Of a DNA stretch of 36,018 nt, positions 1 through 8,335 are shown one piece after another (the first letter of the stretch is position 1; each line of letters opens with the position of its first letter). The notes beneath the pieces are model-generated. The model made no database searches. It saw only the letters and a list, made by a program, of their open reading frames with translations, and was not told the DNA's origin. The position numbers and the translations under genes are program-made. Source of the DNA: a bacterium UBP9_UBA1432 (GTDB lineage: Bacteria > Vulcanimicrobiota > Xenobia > Xenobiales > Xenobiaceae); the NCBI GenBank assembly GCA_002329445.1, contig DCTU01000070.1, forward strand, positions 13,883 through 49,900, written 5' to 3'.

Positions 1-947
1 TCGATCACGGCCTGTCCGCAGCCCGGGCACCAGGTGGTCTGGCCGGCCGGGTCGACGATATTGCCCGTGTAGACGTAGCGCAATCCTCGCTCCATCGCCT
101 GGCGACGGGCCCGCTGCAGGGTCTCGGGCGGCGTGGCCATGTGGTCCATCATCTTGAAGGCGGGATGGAAGGCCGACAGGTGCAGGGGGACATCGACCCC
201 CAGGTTCTCGGCGATCCAGTCGCACATGCGGGCGATCTCGTCGGGAGAGTCGTTCTCGCCGGGGATCACCAGGGTGGTGAGCTCGAACCAGACCTCGGTC
301 TCGCGCTTGAGGTAGAGCAGGGTGTCCAGCACGGGCTGGAGGTGGGCGAAGCAGAGCTTGTGGTAGAAGCGCTCGGTGAAGGCCTTCAGGTCGACGTTGG
401 CTGCGTCCATGCCGGCGAAGAATTCCGGCCGGGCTTCGGGGGTGATGTAGCCCGCCGTGACCGCCACGGTCCGCAGGCCCGAATTCCGGCACTCGCGGGC
501 CGTGTCCAGGGCATACTCGGCCCAGGCCACGGGGTCGTTGTAGGTGAAGGCCACGCTTCGGCAGCCCAGGCGCAGGGCGGCCTGGGCGATCTGTCCGGGG
601 GTGGCCTCTTCACAGAGGGTCTCGACCTGGTGGGCCTTGCTCATATGCCAGTTCTGGCAGAAGCGGCAGCCCAGGTTGCATCCGGCCGTCCCGAAGGAGA
701 GCACGCTGGAGCCGGGCAGGAAGTGGTTCAGGGGCTTCTTCTCGATGGGGTCCACGCAGAAGCCCGTGCTGCGACCCCAGGTGGTCAGGATCAGGCGTCC
801 GCCCTGGTTCTGACGCACGAAGCAGAAGCCACGCTTCCCGTCTCGGAGCCGGCATGCTCGCGGGCACAGACGGCATTCGAGGGCGCCGTCCTCGAGCGCC
901 GTCCACCAGCGGCCGGGATGGGGGGCAGGCTGGCCGGGTTCAGTCAT
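1..947 (-). CDS. amrS: AmmeMemoRadiSam-system radical SAM enzyme (PflA-like activase family); C-terminus cut by the left window edge
   Basis: Own minus-strand translation from ATG at 947: MTEPGQPAPHPGRWWTALEDGALECRLCPRACRLRDGKRGFCFVRQNQGGRLILTTWGRSTGFCVDPIEKKPLNHFLPGSSVLSFGTAGCNLGCRFCQNWHMSK... It has the CX3CX2C cluster motif (CNLGCRFC), and the N-terminal CxxCPxxC and DPIEKKPL blocks typical of this family. It is absent from the ORF track because no stop lies inside the window. Confidence 0.8.
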   Translation of the reverse strand, partial: MTEPGQPAPHPGRWWTALEDGALECRLCPRACRLRDGKRGFCFVRQNQGGRLILTTWGRSTGFCVDPIEKKPLNHFLPGSSVLSFGTAGCNLGCRFCQNWHMSKAHQVETLCEEATPGQIAQAALRLGCRSVAFTYNDPVAWAEYALDTARECRNSGLRTVAVTAGYITPEARPEFFAGMDAANVDLKAFTERFYHKLCFAHLQPVLDTLLYLKRETEVWFELTTLVIPGENDSPDEIARMCDWIAENLGVDVPLHLSAFHPAFKMMDHMATPPETLQRARRQAMERGLRYVYTGNIVDPAGQTTWCPGCGQAVI

Positions 948-1145
948 CCGAATCGCCTCCGCCTCCAGTCTACCACGCCCGGATCCCCCTCTTGGGGGCC
1001 GATCCAGACGAGGTGGGAGGCGTCCCGGAAATTCTTCGGCGAGGTGCGAACTTAACCCGGTTCCGGTGGTCTCTGTCCTTCGAGAGTTCGAAAACCCGGC
1101 GCCTCGCCCGGCCTCCCGGCCGGCCCGGCGAGAAGGAAGGCAACC

Positions 1146-1463
1146 GTGAACCGCATCCGCTTCTCCGTCCTGATCCTCCTGGCCCTCGTGGCCCTCCTGG
1201 GGCGGGCCCTGCCGGTCCTGGCCTCCGTGGAGGAGGCCCATCGTGGCTGCGCGGGGAACCACGTGCACGCCCAGACCCAGGCCGCCTGGGAGTCCGGGGA
1301 GACTCCCCGCCAGATGGCCGAAGGGGAGTGCTCGCGCTGCCAGGGGTCCAAGAAGTGCTCGGTGTGCGGCGGTTCTGGCAAGAACGGTTCGGGCGACACG
1401 TGCTCGATCTGCAACGGCTCGGGCAAGTGCTACTTCTGCAACGGGACCGGAAAGAGCCTCTGA
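1146..1463 (+). CDS. Small secreted cysteine-rich protein with DnaJ-type zinc-finger repeats (4x CxxCxGxG)
   Basis: ORF track, 105 aa. GTG start preceded by GAAGGAAGG. Signal-like N-terminus MNRIRFSVLILLALVALLGRALPVLASV. C-terminal repeats CSRCQGS / CSVCGGSG / CSICNGSG / CYFCNGTG. Confidence 0.7.
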   Translation: MNRIRFSVLILLALVALLGRALPVLASVEEAHRGCAGNHVHAQTQAAWESGETPRQMAEGECSRCQGSKKCSVCGGSGKNGSGDTCSICNGSGKCYFCNGTGKSL

Positions 1464-1569
1464 TCGGGTGGGGCCCTGAGCATCGAGGAGAGTCGATGTC
1501 GGACTCCGAACCCCCTGGATCGGGGAGCGGCTCGGGGGGGGCAGGCCGCTCGGATGGAGGAAGACATCT

Positions 1570-2256
1570 GTGAGAGTGCTCGGAATCGCCCGCAGGATGA
1601 TGAGACCCGAGGTCCAGGCCCGGGTCCTGCGCACGATGGCCAGGGATCTGGCCATCTATCAGGAGCTCTGGGCCGGGTCGGAGGCCGGAGGGCTTCTGGC
1701 TCGGAGCAACCCGGACGAGTTCAACGCCCTGGCGGAGGAGCTGGATCCCCGCCCCCAGCTTGCGGAGTCCGAGGTTCGACGACGCAGGGCCTTTCACGAG
1801 GCGGGGCACGCCGTGGTGGGTCACCTTTTCGGGGCCGGGTCTTCCGACGTCACCTTGTCTCGGGACGACTCCACGCGCCATCCCATCCCCTGGTTCTCCT
1901 GCCCCGGCGAAGAACTGCCGGAGGGCGATGAGTCGGCCCGACTCCAGGAGACGCTGCAGCGACGGGTCCAGGCCCTGCTGGCTGGAGAGGTGGCTCAGGA
2001 GCTGGCCGGGTTCCCTGCCGAGCTGGGGACCGAGGCCGATGAGGAGGCCATCCTCCAGTCCGCCATGGAGCTCGGCGCGGATCTGGACGTCCAGGCGGCC
2101 TTCGTGACCTGGATGCGCTGGGTCACCCGCCGGTTGCTGGCTTCGCCGGAGCAGTGGTGGAAGGTGGAGGGGGTGGCCGAAACGCTCCTGGAGCGCGGGA
2201 GCATGACCCGGGAGGAGGTCCTGGAGCTCATGAACGCTCCCGTCCGGGCTCTCTGA
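1570..2256 (+). CDS. Stand-alone peptidase M41 (FtsH protease-domain-like) zinc metalloprotease, no AAA+ or TM part
   Basis: ORF track, 228 aa. GTG start lies 9 nt after GGAGG (1556-1560). AFHEAGHAVVGHL (HExxH) and the downstream LLAGEVAQEL / GTEADEEA segments resemble the FtsH C-terminal protease domain. No Walker motifs or hydrophobic helices. Confidence 0.75.
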   Translation: MRVLGIARRMMRPEVQARVLRTMARDLAIYQELWAGSEAGGLLARSNPDEFNALAEELDPRPQLAESEVRRRRAFHEAGHAVVGHLFGAGSSDVTLSRDDSTRHPIPWFSCPGEELPEGDESARLQETLQRRVQALLAGEVAQELAGFPAELGTEADEEAILQSAMELGADLDVQAAFVTWMRWVTRRLLASPEQWWKVEGVAETLLERGSMTREEVLELMNAPVRAL

Positions 2257-2396
2257 AGAGGGGGGCCCCGGGCGCTTCGCTTTCCCCGGAGCTCGGTCTC
2301 CGGGCCTGCCGCCGGGGGATTCGGCGCGGGAATGTGGGCCCCGGGGGCGAGGGGGGCGCCCCGAGGAACCCGGGGCGAGGGAGCGAACGGGCTGGG

Positions 2397-3953
2397 ATGC
2401 CCGAAGCCGTCGTCGAGGTTCAAGGCCTGGTGCGCTCGTTCCCGTTCCAGGGAGGGCAGGCCCGGGTGCTGGATGGCGTGGATCTGGAGGTGCACCCCGG
2501 AGACCGGGTGTGCCTGGTTGGCCCCAACGGGTCCGGCAAGTCCACGCTGCTGCGCATCCTGGCCGGGTTGGATCGCCTGGACGGCGGCCGCGTCCGGACC
2601 TCGGAGAGCGGGGGAGGCCCCTATCTGGTCCCCCAGGAATCGGATCTGTTTCCCTGGTTGACGGCTCGCGACAACCTGCTGTTGGGGATGCGCCGCTCGG
2701 CCCTGGCACCCGCAGAGTACGTCCGGCGCCTGGACAGGTGGCTTCGCACCCTGGACCTGGCCGACCACGTCGACCGCTTCCCCGCCCAGTTGAGCGGAGG
2801 TCAGCGGCAGCAGTTCAGCATCCTGCGGGCCTTCCTTTCGGGCTCGCCGGTGCTGCTGATGGATGAGCCCTTCTCTCGTCTGGATGCCGCCACCCGGGGT
2901 CATCTTCAGCAGGAGACCCTGGAACTGTGGGAGCGGGAGCGACCGGCCATCGTCTTCGTGACGCATGACCTGGCCGAGGCCATGTTCATGGGGGAGCGCC
3001 TGATCCTCATGGATGGACGGGGGCGGGCTCGAGAGCTGGTGATGGAACGCTCGGGCTCCCGGGACCCGTGGAATGCGGGGGGGGGCAGTCAGGACCCGGC
3101 GGTGCAGGAGGTCCTGGCGGCCTTCCGTGAACCCCGCCCGGCGAATCCGTCCACCCCGTCCCGGCCCGCTGGGGTGACCCGGCCCGCTCTGGCCACCCTC
3201 CTGTCCCCCCTGGTCGCGTTGCTGCTGTGGGAGGTTGCCGCCCGCCTGGGCTGGATCGATACCCGCTTCTTCCCCGGGCCGCTGCAGGTCCTGTCCAAGT
3301 TGATGGAGATGACGACCTCCGGCGAGTTGTGGCCGCACCTGGCGGCCAGCGCCTTGCGCCTGGCCGCGGGCTTCACCCTGGGTTCCCTGGCGGGGACCGT
3401 CCTGGGCCTGTCGATGGGGATGATGCCGCGACTGCGAGCCGTGCTGGAGCCCGTGGTGGCCCTGACCTACCCGATCCCGAAGATCGCCATCCTGCCGCTC
3501 CTGCTTCTGATCTTCGGCCTGGGGGAGATCCCTCGGGTCACGATCCTGGCCATCGGCGCCTTCTACCTGGTCCTTCTGAACACCCTGCAAGGGGTGACCG
3601 AGGCTCGCGACTCCACCAGCCTGGTGGCCCGGAATCTGCGACTCCGAGGCTGGGACTACGCGGTGCGGACCCTGCTGTTGGGAGCCATGCCCTGGATCCT
3701 GACGGGTGTCCGGGCGGCGGCCGGGTACTGCCTGGTGCTGATGGTGGCCGCCGAGTTTGCCGCGACCGAGTCGGGCATCGGCTACGTGGTGTGGAACTCC
3801 TGGGACCTCTTCGATATCGACCGCATGTACGCGGGGCTGGTGGTCCTGGCCGTGGCCGGGGCCCTGCTGCAGGCCCTGGTCGGGGCCCTGTGCCGGGCCT
3901 GGTCCCGCCGGCGCGGTGGAGTCGGTGCGGGTGGAGATACCATGAGGCTCTGA
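2397..3953 (+). CDS. Fused ABC transporter ATP-binding protein::permease, NitT/TauT (nitrate/sulfonate/taurine-type) importer family
   Basis: Internal ATG (MPEAVVEVQGL...) of the 2154..3953 ORF. Walker A GPNGSGKST, signature LSGGQRQ, Walker B LLMDEP. A Pro-rich linker (REPRPANPSTPSRPAG) follows, then a 6-TM-like permease (LLWEVAARLGWIDTRFFPGP..., EAA-like EARDSTSLVARNLRLRGW). Confidence 0.85.
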   Translation: MPEAVVEVQGLVRSFPFQGGQARVLDGVDLEVHPGDRVCLVGPNGSGKSTLLRILAGLDRLDGGRVRTSESGGGPYLVPQESDLFPWLTARDNLLLGMRRSALAPAEYVRRLDRWLRTLDLADHVDRFPAQLSGGQRQQFSILRAFLSGSPVLLMDEPFSRLDAATRGHLQQETLELWERERPAIVFVTHDLAEAMFMGERLILMDGRGRARELVMERSGSRDPWNAGGGSQDPAVQEVLAAFREPRPANPSTPSRPAGVTRPALATLLSPLVALLLWEVAARLGWIDTRFFPGPLQVLSKLMEMTTSGELWPHLAASALRLAAGFTLGSLAGTVLGLSMGMMPRLRAVLEPVVALTYPIPKIAILPLLLLIFGLGEIPRVTILAIGAFYLVLLNTLQGVTEARDSTSLVARNLRLRGWDYAVRTLLLGAMPWILTGVRAAAGYCLVLMVAAEFAATESGIGYVVWNSWDLFDIDRMYAGLVVLAVAGALLQALVGALCRAWSRRRGGVGAGGDTMRL

Positions 3954-3991
3954 GCGGCCCCCCCGGGGATTTCCCGCGGCGAATCCGGTCT

Positions 3992-4034
3992 GGTGTCGGG
4001 TGACACCGATCGGCGCGAACAGGCGATGTAGAAT
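3992..4034 (+). promoter_or_regulatory. Candidate Crp/Fnr-type (class II geometry) promoter: palindrome GGTGTC-gggt-GACACC (3992-4007) plus TAGAAT -10 box (4029-4034)
   Basis: Perfect 6+6 inverted repeat with a 4-nt spacer, centred 29.5 nt upstream of the first base of TAGAAT, about 70 nt before the SBP start. It has almost the same architecture and flanks (GACACCGAT ... GTAGAAT) as 14043-14086. Confidence 0.45.
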
Positions 4035-4100
4035 GTTGCCAGCTCTGGTGCCGTCCTGGACGGGGCGCCAGGAGTCTCGTGTGCTGCTCCGGAGGTTTTC

Positions 4101-5249
4101 GTGAGATCCTTTCCCTTCGTCTCCCCTCGCATGTCTGCGCGTCCCCGGCCCGCGGCGGGCTTGAGAGGGGCGCCGGGGCCACCTGCGGTTCACGAAGGTG
4201 GCACCTCGCGGAACCCTGCCGGCAGGAGACGGCCGCCAGCAGGAAGAGGGGTCGGGGTGGTCCTTCTGGTGCTCGCGGTCTTCCTGGTCGGGCTCCTGCT
4301 CCCCGCCGGGGCCGAGACCATCGAAGTCCGGGTCGGCGTGGCCCCGACGATGTCCTCCGCGGGCCTCTACCTGGCCGCGGACAAGGGCTACTTCCAGGCC
4401 GAAGGCTTGAAGGTCCGCTTGATCCCCTTCCGTTCCTCGGGCCCCGAGATGCTGCCCCTGCTGGCCACCGACAAGCTGGAGGTCGGAGGCGGCAACCTGG
4501 GAGCCAGCTTCTACAACGCCTTGGGTCGGGGCATCAAGCTCAGAGCCGTGGCCGACAAAGGCAGCAACTCACCTGGGTGCGGCTACCTGAGCCTGGTCGT
4601 CAGGCCGGGCCTGGAGGTTCGCAGCCCCCAGGACCTGAAGGGTCGGACGGTGGCCTTCACCGGCAGGGGGGTCTCGCAGGAGGTGGTGGCCGACCGCTTC
4701 TTGCGCACGGGGGGGTTGGGAATCGGAGACCTGAGGATCGTGACGATGCCCTACGCAGACACCAACATGGCGATGGCTCGAGGCAGCCTGGACGCCACCG
4801 TGCAGATCGAACCTCTCCTGACCGAGGCGCTGTCCAAGGGATGGGCGCGGGAAGTGCGCGCCGCCAGCCAGATCTATCCCTACCAGCAGAGCGCCGCCAT
4901 CCTGTATTCCGAGACGTTCAGCCTGAACACCGGCGCTGCGCGCCGCTTCATGCGTGCCTACCTTCGGGGCGTGCGCGATTACCACCGGGCCTTCGTCCAG
5001 AAGCGCGACCCCGGGCCCGAAATCGCCATCATGACGAAACACGTGCCGGTGAAGGACAAGGCCCTGTATACTCGGATGCGCCCCGTAGGCCTGAATCAGG
5101 ACGGCTACCTGAATGCCCGCTCGATGGCCGATGACCTGAAGTGGTACCAGGCGCACGGCTACGTCCAGAAGTGTCCCCCCCTCAGCGACATCGTGGACCA
5201 CTCCTTCGCCAGGTGGGCGGCGCAGCAGTTGGGACCTCGCACGCGCTAG
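4101..5249 (+). CDS. ABC transporter substrate-binding protein, NMT1/SsuA-like (NitT/TauT family)
   Basis: ORF track, 382 aa. GTG start lies 5 nt after GGAGG (4091-4095). Arg-rich N-region plus hydrophobic helix VVLLVLAVFLVGLLLPAGA. The mature part (IEVRVGVAPTMSSAGLYLAADKGYFQAEGLKVRLIPF...) is typical of SsuA/NMT1 periplasmic binding proteins. Confidence 0.85.
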   Translation: MRSFPFVSPRMSARPRPAAGLRGAPGPPAVHEGGTSRNPAGRRRPPAGRGVGVVLLVLAVFLVGLLLPAGAETIEVRVGVAPTMSSAGLYLAADKGYFQAEGLKVRLIPFRSSGPEMLPLLATDKLEVGGGNLGASFYNALGRGIKLRAVADKGSNSPGCGYLSLVVRPGLEVRSPQDLKGRTVAFTGRGVSQEVVADRFLRTGGLGIGDLRIVTMPYADTNMAMARGSLDATVQIEPLLTEALSKGWAREVRAASQIYPYQQSAAILYSETFSLNTGAARRFMRAYLRGVRDYHRAFVQKRDPGPEIAIMTKHVPVKDKALYTRMRPVGLNQDGYLNARSMADDLKWYQAHGYVQKCPPLSDIVDHSFARWAAQQLGPRTR

Positions 5250-5286
5250 GATCTCGAGGGCGCGCCGAACCCCCGGGCTCCGCCGA

Positions 5287-6525
5287 TCACCTCGGCGGGT
5301 CAGGACCTCCGGCAGGCGGACTCAGGAGCCTGGCCGCCTCTTCGGCGATGAGGGCGTGTCCGGCGGCGTTGGGGTGGTAGGGGTCCAGGACCGGATCATT
5401 GAAAAGCGGTCTCCCTGGGAAGCGCGCGAAGGTTGCCTCGACGTCGACCACGGGGGTGCCCGTCTCCCGGGCCACCTGGTCGACCCGGAGGTTGGACTGG
5501 ACGTGGCGGGCGCTGCTCTGGTAGACCTCCATGCGCCTCAGCAGGCTCAAGGCAAACTCTGCCACCGCGGAATCCCCGGACTTGCGGCCCAGTTCGTAGG
5601 CCTCCCAGCAGCGCTTCGCGTCCAAGGGGTCCAGGCTCAGGCCCTCCCGGTAGCGAGCCGTGGCCTGGGCGAAGTCTCCCTGTTGAACCCGGCGGGACGC
5701 TTGGGCGAAGAGTTCGGCCGCCTGCCTGCGCGAGGCGGGGGACACCTGCGGAGGCAGGGGCAGGTTCAGCGGCATCTTGACCAGCACCGGGAGGGCGCCG
5801 GCGGCGCGGACCTGATCGACCATCTGCGTGAGGTTTCCAGCGTAGGCCTCCATCGAGACTCGGGGGGGGGCCTCCTGGGAAAGGCGCAGGAAGGCGGCCT
5901 GCCCCTCCAGGGCACCGTCGCGGTTGCGGAAGGCGCGATTGCGCAGGAAGCGATAGGTGTTCGTGTTCATCAGGAGGTTCCAGGTGGTCACGGCCAGCTC
6001 GCTCTGGGGGCGCTGATCCTCGTCGGGGCGGGTGTCGGCGCCGAAGAACCGCAGTTTGCTGACGTCGTTGACGCCGTGGCAGATCATCACGACTTCTGGC
6101 CGGTCCGGCAGCGCCACCTCGTGAAGCACTCGCATCCCCTGCCAGGTCGTGTAGCCCGGCACCGAGGCATTCCTCACGGGGATTCCGAGCCGCCGCTGCA
6201 GCAGGCTCGGCCAGGTCTGGCTGTCGCCGACGCCCCAGCCGAAGGTCAGCGAGTCCCCCAGCACGTAGATTCGGAAGGGGCCGCCGGAGGGCGCCGCCGG
6301 ATCGATGCGCCACCCTTCATGGTCGGTGTGCAGGGGGGCTCCCATGAAGCGGGTGTCCAGGCCCTTGCGCAGGGCCCAGATCCGGGTGGGGTGCAGTTCA
6401 AAGATCTCCAGGATGGCTTCCAGGCGCTCGCGAGGAGCGGGCCAGAAGCCTGCCGCCAACTCGGTGCCCGCGACGATCAGGAGGGCCAGCGCCAGCCAGG
6501 CCAGCCGCGCCTTCCAGGGGATCAC
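5287..6525 (-). CDS. SGNH/GDSL-family hydrolase (lipase/esterase), membrane-anchored, with a helical insertion
   Basis: C-terminal 412 aa of the 5287..7128 ORF. The GTG start at 6525 overlaps the upstream stop (GTGA). Anchor WKARLAWLALALLIVAG. Block I IYVLGDSLTFGWG, block III ICHGVNDV, block V DPYHPNAAGH. Confidence 0.8.
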   Translation of the reverse strand: MIPWKARLAWLALALLIVAGTELAAGFWPAPRERLEAILEIFELHPTRIWALRKGLDTRFMGAPLHTDHEGWRIDPAAPSGGPFRIYVLGDSLTFGWGVGDSQTWPSLLQRRLGIPVRNASVPGYTTWQGMRVLHEVALPDRPEVVMICHGVNDVSKLRFFGADTRPDEDQRPQSELAVTTWNLLMNTNTYRFLRNRAFRNRDGALEGQAAFLRLSQEAPPRVSMEAYAGNLTQMVDQVRAAGALPVLVKMPLNLPLPPQVSPASRRQAAELFAQASRRVQQGDFAQATARYREGLSLDPLDAKRCWEAYELGRKSGDSAVAEFALSLLRRMEVYQSSARHVQSNLRVDQVARETGTPVVDVEATFARFPGRPLFNDPVLDPYHPNAAGHALIAEEAARLLSPPAGGPDPPR

Positions 6526-7442
6526 CTCGGAGAGGCGTCGCTTCTGGGGGTCGCCGCGGGAGAGGGCCTCGCGTCCGCACCGGGGCCTGGCCGGGGTTCG
6601 CGGGTGCTGGCCACCCGGAAGCCGATGAAGTGGCTGAACATGCTGGGAGGGCTGGCCGCCACCCGTTCGGCGCAGTTCAGGCAGCGTTGTTCGACGCTGT
6701 ACCAACTGGCCCCGCGCATCACGCGGCCGTCTTCCGAGTGGGGATCCTCGCGGCCATCGTCGGCTCGATAGGGATGGGGACGGAAGACCGTCGAGGTCCA
6801 CTCCCAGACGTTCCCGGCCATGTCCCAGCAGCCGTAGACCGAGACGCTCTCGGGGAAGGAGCCTACCGGAGTGGTCCCCCGCTTCTTCAGGAAGTCGGCC
6901 ATCCCGGCCATCTTGTCCTGGCGGCGCAGGTTCCAGTTGTTGCTGAACTCGGGCTGCCAGTCGTTGCCCCAGACGTAGGCACGCCCATCGTTGCCTCGGG
7001 CCGCCTTCTCCCATTCGGCTTCGGTGGGCAGGCGCAGACCGGCCCACCGGCAGTAGGCGTCGGCATCCTTCCAGGTGACGCAGACCACCGGGTGATCGTC
7101 CAGGCCGTCGTGGAAATAGGTCCGCCACTTGCCCTGGGGGACGTACCCGCTCTTCTCGACGAACGTGGAGAACTGGCGGTTGGTCACCTCATACTTGCCG
7201 ATCCAGAAGGGATCGACCCGGCAGACGAACTCCGGCTTGCCGAAGATGACGCTCTCCTCGTCGGTGCCCATGACGAATTCGCCCCCCTCGACCTGGACCA
7301 GGGTGGACCCCTCCGGGCCTTGGACCTCGCGCCCCCGATGGGCCGCTGGCATGGTCCTCTGGAAGCCTGAGATCATCCCGGCTGCCACGGCGCAGCTCGT
7401 CACGACCAGGAACAGGATGGCCATGGTTGCCCAACGCTTCAC
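6522..7442 (-). CDS. FGE-sulfatase-fold (SUMF1/EgtB/PvdO family) exported protein, paralog 1; possible lipoprotein
   Basis: From the 6522..7619 ORF. GTG at 7442 (9 nt after GGAAAGG) gives MKRWATMAILFLVVTSC (lipobox-like VTSC). Motifs: FWIGKYEVTNRQF, DHPVVCVTWKDADAYCRWAGLRLPTEAEWEKAARG, GNVWEWT, IGFRVA. Confidence 0.85.
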   Translation of the reverse strand: MKRWATMAILFLVVTSCAVAAGMISGFQRTMPAAHRGREVQGPEGSTLVQVEGGEFVMGTDEESVIFGKPEFVCRVDPFWIGKYEVTNRQFSTFVEKSGYVPQGKWRTYFHDGLDDHPVVCVTWKDADAYCRWAGLRLPTEAEWEKAARGNDGRAYVWGNDWQPEFSNNWNLRRQDKMAGMADFLKKRGTTPVGSFPESVSVYGCWDMAGNVWEWTSTVFRPHPYRADDGREDPHSEDGRVMRGASWYSVEQRCLNCAERVAASPPSMFSHFIGFRVASTREPRPGPGADARPSPAATPRSDASPR

Positions 7443-7510
7443 TTGCGATCGCCTTTCCGGATTCACGATGGATTCAGTCTTGTCTCTTGGGTTCGCCGTC
7501 CCGGCCCAGC

Positions 7511-8335
7511 TCAGGGGCCGGAGTCCGCCACCCTGAAACCGACGAAGAAGGTGAAGATCGGGGGTTTGCATCGGCTCCGGGTATCGGTCCTGAAGAACCC
7601 GGTGTGCCTGTAGGCCCACCCCCCACCGCGCAGCGAGACCTCGACCGGGTCGTCGTTGGCCTCCCGTCCGTCGTCGGCCCGGTAGGGATACGGATCAAAA
7701 GGCGAGGTGGTCCATTCGAAGACGTTTCCGGCGGCATCCAGCAGGCCGAAGGGAGACGCCCCCTCGGGGAACGAGCCGACGGGCAGGGTCCCCCGACCGT
7801 TGTGCACGGAGGCCATCCTGGCCATCAGCTCGGGGCGCTTCATGTCGCGGTTGTTGCACTTCTGGGCATCCCAGGTGTCACCCCACGGGAAGAGGCGGCC
7901 GTCCAGTCCTCGGGCGGCCTTCTCCCACTCAGCCTCGGTGGGAAGTCGCAGTCCGGCCCATCTGCAGTAGGCCTGGGCGTCGTACCAGGAGACGCTGGCC
8001 ACGGGGTGGTTCTCCAGGCCCGGCTTGAAGAGCTGGCGCCAGTTCCCCTCCGCCTGGTAACCCGTCGCCTGGACGAAGGCGGCGAACTGCCGGTTGGTGA
8101 CTTCGTGCTTGCCGATCCAGTAGGTGGGCAGGTTCAGGTCGAACCTGGGTTTGGAGTCGCGATACTCGTCGGAACCCATCACGAACTCGCCCGCCGGGAT
8201 CTCGATCAGGACCGAGCCGTCCCTGGGGTTGGTCCGCTCTTGGAGGGGGACGGGAACCTCCGGATCCGGGCTGCAGCCCGCCAGGAGGAGGAGCATGAGC
8301 GCCGTCACCAGGCCAGGCATCAGGATCGCCTTCAT
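7511..8335 (-). CDS. FGE-sulfatase-fold lipoprotein, paralog 2
   Basis: Internal ATG of the 7511..8980 ORF: MKAILMPGLVTALMLLLLAGC (lipobox LAGC). Motifs: YWIGKHEVTNRQF, NHPVASVSWYDAQAYCRWAGLRLPTEAEWEKAARG, GNVFEWT, VGFRVA. The start overlaps the upstream stop (ATGA at 8332-8335). Confidence 0.85.
   Translation of the reverse strand: MKAILMPGLVTALMLLLLAGCSPDPEVPVPLQERTNPRDGSVLIEIPAGEFVMGSDEYRDSKPRFDLNLPTYWIGKHEVTNRQFAAFVQATGYQAEGNWRQLFKPGLENHPVASVSWYDAQAYCRWAGLRLPTEAEWEKAARGLDGRLFPWGDTWDAQKCNNRDMKRPELMARMASVHNGRGTLPVGSFPEGASPFGLLDAAGNVFEWTTSPFDPYPYRADDGREANDDPVEVSLRGGGWAYRHTGFFRTDTRSRCKPPIFTFFVGFRVADSGP

Noticed and set aside
141-1055. Plus-strand ORF of 304 aa at the left edge.
   Set aside because: It is antisense to the radical SAM gene, whose translation has unmistakable family motifs. 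The plus-frame product is Gly/Val/Ala/Gln low complexity.
970-4193. Long minus-strand ORFs 970..2709 (579 aa) and 1995..4193 (732 aa). Similar cases are 17004..19424 (806 aa), 11079..12671 (530 aa), 27390..29462 (690 aa) and 33140..36004 (954 aa).
   Set aside because: All are Arg/Pro/Gly-dominated and motif-free. They overlap opposite-strand or other-frame genes that have clear family signatures, so I treat them as non-coding frames.
6526-7128. N-terminal 200 aa of the 5287..7128 ORF as part of the SGNH hydrolase.
   Set aside because: This part overlaps FGE paralog 1 in another frame and is low complexity. The recognisable protein begins at the hydrophobic anchor right after the GTG at 6525, which overlaps the paralog 1 stop (GTGA).
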